NCBI GenBank assembly: GCA_964600125.1
Contig: CAZRIK010000001.1
Span: 5,412 to 66,622 of the forward strand
Origin: an uncultured Candidatus Bathyarchaeia archaeon
GTDB taxonomy: Archaea; Thermoproteota; Bathyarchaeia; Bathyarchaeales; DTEX01
Length of the DNA stretch: 61,211 bases
Direction of reading: 5' to 3'
Of the stretch, positions 55,658-61,211 are shown piece by piece (within the stretch, counting starts at the first letter, position 1; every line of letters starts with the position of its first letter). Position numbers and translations under genes: made by a program. The notes below the pieces were generated by a model. The model was not told where the DNA came from. It saw only the letters and a program-made list of their open reading frames with translations, and searched no databases.

Positions 55658-55694
55658 GAGACAGGGGAAATATGGGTGATTTACTTTCCTGTTT
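55658..55694. promoter_or_regulatory. Conserved intergenic element, copy 2 (GAGACAGGGGAAATATGGGTGATTTACTTTCCTGTTT)
   Basis: Matches 11122-11157 with a few substitutions and a 1-nt indel. Confidence 0.6.
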
Positions 55695-55765
55695 TTTGGG
55701 GACAGGAGGAATGACACCCATCCCTTGCGAGGATGTGCCCAGATTTCAGATGACCTTTGAAAAAT

Positions 55766-55871
55766 GCCCAGGAGCAGATGACCGAGTCTCTTATAGTATT
55801 ATATTTATTAAGATTATTTGACTTTAAGAATAGAATCATTTAGATAAAGAGTCGGTCATCTGCTGCTGGGC
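55766..55871. repeat. 23-bp inverted repeat (21/23 match) flanking a 60-bp AT-rich core
   Basis: Arms are GCCCAGGAGCAGATGACCGAGTC (55766-55788) and GAGTCGGTCATCTGCTGCTGGGC (55849-55871). Extra GATGACC copies lie at 55749-55755 and 55890-55896. Confidence 0.85.
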
Positions 55872-55924
55872 ATGGGGCTCAGAACAAATGATGACCGAAA
55901 AATCACCACAGACTGGAGAGTACC

Positions 55925-56875
55925 ATGGGTTTTATGTCTGAGCAAGAAGTCAAAGAAGAAATTTCTAAAGCTGCGAAACAGGGAGATAACCATTATTCCT
56001 CCTGTCTTAAAAATCCTAACTCCCCTCTAGTGAAACCTACATTGAAAAACACTAGAGAAGAGGTGATGTTTTACTCGGCTAAAAATTCAGTAAAGAATAA
56101 AAATGCTAAGAGCTTGAAATACTCCATAAATAAAGTGAGAGAACTTGAAACAGGGAAGTTAGAGGATGATGTTTATTCTCCTGTTTCCCTAGATCAAATT
56201 GAAATTCTCCGACTTGTGACTGTCAGTGGGACAGACAGATCAATCCTTTACAATTCACTACGTGCAGCTTGTGATCGTTGGTATGAATCAGAAGATTGTA
56301 AAATGGGATTGTTGCCGCCTTTGGAAGAGATGGTTCCAATTTTAAGTTCAATGGGTGTGATTGAAGTGACCGAAAATTGTCTCATCTTTCCGAATATTTA
56401 TCTTGAAACTTTTCGTAGAGCTACTAGAATTTCTAGAAAGAAAATTCCCACTAAACTTTTGTGTGATTATGGTATCCAGATCGCAAGAGTAAGAGATAAG
56501 AAGATTTATGTTTCGGCTGAGAAACAGGGGAATAAGAGGGTAAATGTTCGTATTGTTATGGACAATGTTACGGAAGCAGATGAGTTAGTCCACGAGCATA
56601 ATCTCTCTGCTCCTCAAGAAAAAATGATAATAGACGTTGAAGAAGTGTACCAGTGGGTTGGTTTTGATGCGAATCAATATGGTGCGAAACGCCTAGAGGA
56701 TTTTGAGAATTTTATTATGGGTTGGGCAACAAAAACTAAAAAAAGTAGAGAGAGTAATCCAAATTTGAAACAATACCTCGATCCCCACACCGGTAAAATC
56801 ACCACCACAAAAGAATACGCTGAGACATACAACGTAGATAGAAAGACCGCCTACCGTCATCTCAACAAAAAATAA
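55925..56875 (+). CDS. Putative DNA-binding protein with C-terminal HTH (paralogue of 11375-12382)
   Basis: 316-aa ORF with a GGAGAG RBS. The C-terminus ITTTKEYAETYNVDRKTAYRHLNKK parallels the C-terminus of the 11375 gene. Confidence 0.65.
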   Translation: MGFMSEQEVKEEISKAAKQGDNHYSSCLKNPNSPLVKPTLKNTREEVMFYSAKNSVKNKNAKSLKYSINKVRELETGKLEDDVYSPVSLDQIEILRLVTVSGTDRSILYNSLRAACDRWYESEDCKMGLLPPLEEMVPILSSMGVIEVTENCLIFPNIYLETFRRATRISRKKIPTKLLCDYGIQIARVRDKKIYVSAEKQGNKRVNVRIVMDNVTEADELVHEHNLSAPQEKMIIDVEEVYQWVGFDANQYGAKRLEDFENFIMGWATKTKKSRESNPNLKQYLDPHTGKITTTKEYAETYNVDRKTAYRHLNKK

Positions 56876-56880
56876 GCGAT

Positions 56881-56907
56881 GCCTAAGAATATTTTCGGTT
56901 CTTAGGC
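56881..56907. terminator. Perfect 9-bp hairpin, possible bidirectional terminator
   Basis: GCCTAAGAA-tattttcgg-TTCTTAGGC, 5 nt after the stop of 55925-56875. A T-run follows only on the minus strand (ATCGCTTATTTTTTG). Confidence 0.5.
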
Positions 56908-56924
56908 ATCTAGCCCCTAGGGCG

Positions 56925-57120
56925 GGACTGCACAGACCATACACTATCTCAACAAACAACCCAAGTCAAAATAATTTCTCAGGACCAGGCTCTAAAGAAC
57001 CTGGCTTGAAACCTGAGAAATCTTAATACTATCTAAAAGATTACTATCTTTCAAAGTATTGTTAAGGCTGTTTTGCCAGCCTTTTTTCGCTATATTTCTA
57101 GCGGCGTTCAGGTCACGATC
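56925..57120 (-). ncRNA. Candidate TnpB guide (omega/reRNA) region; boundaries approximate
   Basis: In characterised TnpB systems the guide RNA overlaps the 3' end of tnpB and the right end. Here there is a nested hairpin, TTTCTCAGG...[CCAGG-ttctttagag-CCTGG]...CCTGAGAAA (56975-57020). No RNA evidence. Confidence 0.35.
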
Positions 57121-58235
57121 TAACGTGAAGCCACAAGAAATACAGTCAAAAACTCTATTAGAAAGCTTAAGACCTTCCTTAATCAACTCGCAATTACTGC
57201 ATGTTTTAGAGGTATAAGCTTCATTAATTTCTTCAAAATACCTACCAGCACTTTCAGCCAAGTATGATATTTTACACTTGAGATTTCCGATTGCGATGTC
57301 GGAGGCACATCTTGCCAATCTTCCTGATATCAACCATTTGGGAGACACATTCCCGACAAAAATATATTCGCTTGTCTTGACTATTTTCGTGGCGAGCTTC
57401 CAGTTATAGTCTTGCCTTCTCCTTGCTATTTTCCGATGAACGAAAGGCAATGCTTTCCTGTCTTTGTTGGAGGCATTCTTCAATGACAGCAAGTTTTTGT
57501 CGTCTAGAAACTTCTTCCGCTCAGGCTGAACGACAAAAGACCCTTCGATGTTTGAAGCATTTATCGTATGTTTCAAGCCAAGATCTATTCCTAGAATCTT
57601 ATTTGTAGCTGCGGGATAGGATACTTTTTTGATGTTGTTTGTTATGATACAAGCCCAGTAGTCTCCGCATGTGTCGCATTTTATCGAAACTTGTTTGATC
57701 GTTCCTTCGATTGTTCTAGAATCGCCGGTTCCTCTTACCTTCCCAATTCCAGGGATATTGAGAGAGATCTTGTTGCCAAATTGCTTGACCGGCTGGTTTG
57801 TTTTATGCGCAGAATAAGAGAAACTACTTCCTTTTATCTTCTCCGTTTTAAATCTTGGCCTTCCAAGTCTTTTCCCTTTCTTATCCCAAAACTTATATCT
57901 TTCCGCAGCCTTGTGGGCTCTAGCGCACATGTTTTGAGAAATCCAGGCTGGCAAGCTGCTTGTTTTATAAAGCATGTTTATGGAAAACTCTGGAACTAGA
58001 GTGTCCTGCGAAAGCAAGATTTCAAGAGATGTGTTGAAAATATCTATACTTTCAAATATGTAGTTATCAACTTGCTGTTTTTGATTTTTGTTCAAGTTGA
58101 GCTTTACTTTGAAAGACTGCATTAACATCTCCTTTCCTCTAGGTTATATGCCTTTTCTTCTTGTTTCAAGACCTATCGAATTCTGAGAGAAAATTCATCC
58201 TGGAGCTAAAGCACCAGGTCTTCTTTTCTAAGATA
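56940..58235 (-). mobile_element. IS200/IS605-family, tnpB-only element (ends approximate)
   Basis: tnpB is flanked on the same strand by similar subterminal hairpins, CCTGG-tgctttagct-CCAGG (58199-58218) and CCAGG-ttctttagag-CCTGG (56985-57004). No tnpA. Inserted between the terminators of two convergent genes. Confidence 0.6.
56992..58128 (-). CDS. tnpB: TnpB (IS605 OrfB-type RNA-guided nuclease)
   Basis: RuvC I ILGIDLGLKH, RuvC II EEINEAYTSKTCSNC, zinc finger CSNC...(15)...CISCG, RuvC III LDRDLNAARNIAKKG. 378 aa. Confidence 0.9.
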   Translation of the reverse strand: MLMQSFKVKLNLNKNQKQQVDNYIFESIDIFNTSLEILLSQDTLVPEFSINMLYKTSSLPAWISQNMCARAHKAAERYKFWDKKGKRLGRPRFKTEKIKGSSFSYSAHKTNQPVKQFGNKISLNIPGIGKVRGTGDSRTIEGTIKQVSIKCDTCGDYWACIITNNIKKVSYPAATNKILGIDLGLKHTINASNIEGSFVVQPERKKFLDDKNLLSLKNASNKDRKALPFVHRKIARRRQDYNWKLATKIVKTSEYIFVGNVSPKWLISGRLARCASDIAIGNLKCKISYLAESAGRYFEEINEAYTSKTCSNCELIKEGLKLSNRVFDCISCGFTLDRDLNAARNIAKKGWQNSLNNTLKDSNLLDSIKISQVSSQVL

Positions 58236-58238
58236 GGA

Positions 58239-58273
58239 TAAAAACCCCGCAAAAGAACCATTCTCTTGCAGGG
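58239..58273 (-). terminator. Rho-independent terminator after gene 58297-58557
   Basis: Minus strand reads CCCTGCAA-gagaatggttct-TTGCGGGG followed by TTTTTAT. Confidence 0.65.
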
Positions 58274-58296
58274 CATATGCGTGAACCAACATGAAC

Positions 58297-58557
58297 CTAC
58301 TTATTAGCATCTTCACCCAACTTACGCAAGGCTTTCACATCCTCATCCAAAGTTTCACGTAAATGCTTCTCATTCTCCTGTTGTTCATTTGCTGCACGAA
58401 TAGCCTCAATTGCTGCCTCTAACTGCATGGCTTCATCCGTATGTTTCCTTGCAAGCTCCAACTCCTCCGCAGCAAGCTTCTTTGCACGGTAGTAGCCAAT
58501 GATGGTGTTTATAAGCGAGAGTAATGGCCCCAGAAACTTTAACAACAAACTAATCAT
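58297..58557 (-). CDS. Membrane-anchored coiled-coil protein (86 aa)
   Basis: N-terminal TM helix ISLLLKFLGPLLSLINTIIGYY followed by a charged helix. A lysis or superinfection role is possible but unproven. Confidence 0.6.
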   Translation of the reverse strand: MISLLLKFLGPLLSLINTIIGYYRAKKLAAEELELARKHTDEAMQLEAAIEAIRAANEQQENEKHLRETLDEDVKALRKLGEDANK

Positions 58558-58584
58558 ACCGTATTTCTCCTGTTTTAAAAATAA

Positions 58585-59412
58585 CTACTTACACCTAAAT
58601 GAAGATGCTTCCTTCGACCAAGCATAACCGCAATTGTCGATTGTTGTAGCTGTGGTGGCGTCAAAAGGCCAACGCCAATCTTTACCGTTCCACACTGGCT
58701 TGGGTAGTAGATCTTCCCGTGAGTAGGTACGAAACACAAGGGTGGAGTTTCTTTCTCCTGTTTCGTCAACTATCCTTACTCTCATCTCACAATCTCTTGC
58801 AGGAAATTCTTTTGAAACAGGAGAATTAGAGGTTACCTGTTCCACTGAGTCCGTCTCGCAGCCAATAAACCGTACCACAGCGGGGACAGATTTGGGTGCC
58901 ACAGTCAATGTGATGTTGGCTTTGACTGGAAAGGTGCAAGCTCCCACACCTGTTCCAGCACTGAACTTGGAGTCCCCTAGCTTCGTGGTGTTCCCTTGGC
59001 AGGAGTAACTCAGCTCGTCGGCTCCAATCGGATTGGGTGTGACAGGGAGATAATAAATATCCGCTATCTGTTTGCCCGTTTGAGCGCTGGCAAGGCTCAC
59101 TACATTCGGCAGGTAGGGTTTCTCCCCTACTGGAAGGCCCACAGTCACCTTGCCATTCTTTTGAACGCTCTCTCTCCACCATAACATCCCCTTTTGCTCA
59201 GGTGTGCCGTCGAAGTCATAGACCTCGAAGATTTGGTTTATGTTTTGGGCAATGTATTTACCACGAACAGGAGGAGTAAGTAACGTAACTTCCCTGCTTC
59301 TGGTGGGCTCTGCACAGACAAAAAGTCCCTCAGAGGTGTATGAGCGTGGTAGTTTAAGCGGGCCAATTAACTGAGTGGCACCACAGACAACTGTGATCAA
59401 TAGTGGATTCAT
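58585..59412 (-). CDS. Putative secreted protein (275 aa)
   Basis: Signal-peptide-like N-terminus MNPLLITVVCGATQLIG. The rest is beta-rich. Confidence 0.6.
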   Translation of the reverse strand: MNPLLITVVCGATQLIGPLKLPRSYTSEGLFVCAEPTRSREVTLLTPPVRGKYIAQNINQIFEVYDFDGTPEQKGMLWWRESVQKNGKVTVGLPVGEKPYLPNVVSLASAQTGKQIADIYYLPVTPNPIGADELSYSCQGNTTKLGDSKFSAGTGVGACTFPVKANITLTVAPKSVPAVVRFIGCETDSVEQVTSNSPVSKEFPARDCEMRVRIVDETGERNSTLVFRTYSREDLLPKPVWNGKDWRWPFDATTATTIDNCGYAWSKEASSFRCK

Positions 59413-59636
59413 AGGTCTTCTCCTGTGAGGTTGTTCTCATTGAGTGTGCGATAGAACAATCTACGAACTGCTTCCCAACTGACTGACTTCTCATCACTGT
59501 ACTTACACTTACTGCGTAGAAATTCAGACATGTCCCAGAGAGTACGTCTGTATTTGTCTGCCTTGGTGAAGGTTTCGTAGGCTTCTTGGTCGTCTTCACC
59601 TGGGCCTATTTTGAACTCAAAGATTGCTTTGGTCAC
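59409..59636 (-). CDS. Hypothetical protein (75 aa)
   Basis: The stop overlaps the next gene's start (ATGA-type). Confidence 0.55.
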   Translation of the reverse strand: MTKAIFEFKIGPGEDDQEAYETFTKADKYRRTLWDMSEFLRSKCKYSDEKSVSWEAVRRLFYRTLNENNLTGEDL

Positions 59637-59653
59637 ACCTATTTCTCCTGTAT

Positions 59654-60442
59654 CTATATTCCATTTATTGCTAGGTTTGCAAGGTACAGTTCTAATTGCC
59701 CATTACTTGCAGACCGTTTCATATCACTGCATGAATCACTAAACAACCACCGTGTCTTGTGTGGATTTGGTTTGGTGTTGATATTGTCTAGAGCGAAGGA
59801 ACCGTATGCGAGGAAACGGAAGTAACTGTTACATCCCTGTCTCCTGTAGAGGTTCTTTGCAATCTTACTCGTGATATTTACACCGAGTTTTCGATAGATG
59901 ACCACTTCATCAGCAATCAATCGAAGCTGGTAGCCTTCTGGTGCAGTGAGTGAGGCAGTCAAAAGTGTGCTGTTGATTACACTCGAATGCAGTGCGCCAG
60001 AGGTTACAACTCCAACTCTGCGTAGCAAATCATGGATGATAGGTGTGCGAGTACATTCGTCGAAGCAGACTGCCTTTGGATGTTTGCTGAAATATTCAGA
60101 CGCTTCCTTCCTGTATTTATTGTCATCAGTAGCAGCTAAATACGCCACTACTCCCAGCGTCATATCCCGTGAATCATTGTCACTTAAAACAGGGGGAATA
60201 CAGTAACGCTTCTCACCGGCTAAACAACCCATGCCTGCGTAAAGATTTGTATCCCCAATTCCACACGAGTTACGCCCACGATACGTCGTATTCTGTGCAG
60301 GCAATCCGTCACAAGTATGCGCCCACATTCTCAACTCATCCCGCACTCGAATAAGTTCGTCTTTATTTTGTTTAACCGGCTTATCCGAACCACACGCCGC
60401 AATTAAGCACGTGAAAATAACGATAACAATTTTGCCCACCAT
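59654..60442 (-). CDS. Putative lipoprotein (262 aa)
   Basis: ATG at 60442 with an AGAGGAGAA RBS. Signal peptide plus lipobox: MVGKIVIVIFTCLIAAC-GS. Confidence 0.6.
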   Translation of the reverse strand: MVGKIVIVIFTCLIAACGSDKPVKQNKDELIRVRDELRMWAHTCDGLPAQNTTYRGRNSCGIGDTNLYAGMGCLAGEKRYCIPPVLSDNDSRDMTLGVVAYLAATDDNKYRKEASEYFSKHPKAVCFDECTRTPIIHDLLRRVGVVTSGALHSSVINSTLLTASLTAPEGYQLRLIADEVVIYRKLGVNITSKIAKNLYRRQGCNSYFRFLAYGSFALDNINTKPNPHKTRWLFSDSCSDMKRSASNGQLELYLANLAINGI

Positions 60443-60657
60443 GCTGTTTTCTCCTCTTTGGTGTTGTCTAACTGGTCTAGAATCTCTTCTTGTGTATACA
60501 TAGGATAGTCTAGCAAGCACTCACAATTGTCTTTCGGTACTTCGATGATATACGCATCATTAAACGACACAAGATTATCGAATTTACCAGCACTTGTTGA
60601 TACATTAACCATACGTTGGGTTGTCTTAGATTTGGGCACTACAAAATACAGTGTCAT
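60403..60657 (-). CDS. Hypothetical protein (84 aa)
   Basis: ORF coupled to the upstream LamG gene. Its 3' end overlaps the lipoprotein start. Confidence 0.5.
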   Translation of the reverse strand: MTLYFVVPKSKTTQRMVNVSTSAGKFDNLVSFNDAYIIEVPKDNCECLLDYPMYTQEEILDQLDNTKEEKTAWWAKLLSLFSRA

Positions 60658-61211
60658 GGTACAACTCCCTGAATCTGGCTTGCAATCATGTTAATCATAA
60701 CACCTGTTTTGTTTGATTTAACGTCCTTAATGTTAGGAAATGTGCTGTCATCGCCCATGCGATACCAGTTGGAGCACAGTGCATAATCCGTAAATATGGA
60801 TATATCCGTAGGAACACCAGAATTATATATCTGCTCTATTTGGAAATCGGTTAAGTTTGTATAATATATGGATAATTCATCAATATTACCCTTAAAATAA
60901 TATACGCTAGCATAAGCGCCTATCATGAGAGGTACTGATGTGGTCGTATTAGCACTGCTTAGAGTGTCTGATTGTACCGTATTAGTGCTAAGAACCCCGT
61001 CTATATATATCTTCACACCGGCTGCAGACAACGACCCGTCATATGATATAGCCACGTGCTGCCAAGTGTTACCGCTAACGTCTACGGCAGAATTTGAAAA
61101 CAAAACTAGGTCATTCGTATTTTCAGCGGTTCGAATATAGAACCATATCCGCCCATCGGGGAATATGAAAAATACAGTCCCGTTAGTTCCCTGCCACTTA
61201 GATAGTATTGG
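60654..61211 (-). CDS. LamG/concanavalin-A-like lectin-domain protein, 5'-truncated by the window edge
   Basis: WQHVAISYDG...IYIDGVL...FKGNIDELSIYYTNLTDFQIEQIY is typical of Laminin_G_3. I translated 61104-61211 by hand and the frame stays open to the window end. Confidence 0.7.
   Translation of the reverse strand, partial: PILSKWQGTNGTVFFIFPDGRIWFYIRTAENTNDLVLFSNSAVDVSGNTWQHVAISYDGSLSAAGVKIYIDGVLSTNTVQSDTLSSANTTTSVPLMIGAYASVYYFKGNIDELSIYYTNLTDFQIEQIYNSGVPTDISIFTDYALCSNWYRMGDDSTFPNIKDVKSNKTGVMINMIASQIQGVVP

Noticed and set aside
61104-61211. Treating the window as a circularly closed genome
   Set aside because: I continued the truncated minus-strand LamG ORF across the junction into position 1. 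It translates the 9-bp array as (DSQ)n and reaches a stop (plus 73-75) with no start codon, so a simple end-to-start joint does not give a sensible gene. The window is treated as linear and incomplete.
1-61211. Lysogeny module, diversity-generating retroelement or retron, and tRNA genes
   Set aside because: I recognised no integrase, recombinase, excisionase or CI/Cro-like pair, and no reverse transcriptase. The intergenic regions I read (1-897, 10999-11374, 55479-55924, 56876-56991, 58129-58296) show no cloverleaf-like tRNA. tRNAscan-SE and profile searches are needed to exclude these formally.

Overview
The window looks like most of a tailed dsDNA phage genome. GC is about 42% by eye, RBSs are strong AGGAG-type, and genes are tightly packed and often translationally coupled. 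I recognised no integrase, repressor or RNA polymerase.

Layout:
- 1-897: a repeat-dense, weakly coding leader.
- 898-8465 (+): early and nucleotide-metabolism genes, including an amidoligase plus class-II glutamine amidotransferase pair and a dUTPase.
- 8377-10998 (-): a short block with a Cas4-like PD-(D/E)XK nuclease.
- 11375-23261 (+): replication module with ThyX, a Sak4-like ATPase, a family-A DNA polymerase, an AEP primase, a RuvC-like resolvase, an XPD/DinG-like Fe-S helicase and a P-loop protein.
- 23226-55478 (-): a 32-kb morphogenesis and lysis operon with TerL, portal, scaffold, major capsid, giant virion proteins of 1982, 904, 807 and 1969 aa, and a CHAP endolysin.
- 55925-61211: a plus-strand HTH gene, a TnpB-only IS200/IS605-type element, and a minus-strand accessory cluster (lipoprotein, LamG-domain protein) cut by the window end.

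Main non-standard signals:
- A purine-rich word, (GA)GACAGGRGAA, occurs at least 51 times (by-eye count) where about 1 is expected. It lies on both strands and in all reading frames. It is often in closely spaced inverted pairs that can fold into hairpins over RBSs, and it is built into terminators.
- Two paralogous divergent control regions each have a long inverted repeat and sit upstream of paralogous HTH proteins.
- An amidoligase/GATase-II cassette has no known substrate.
- A phage-borne TnpB element has matched subterminal hairpins.

All calls come from reading the sequence and ORF translations by eye. No database searches were run.
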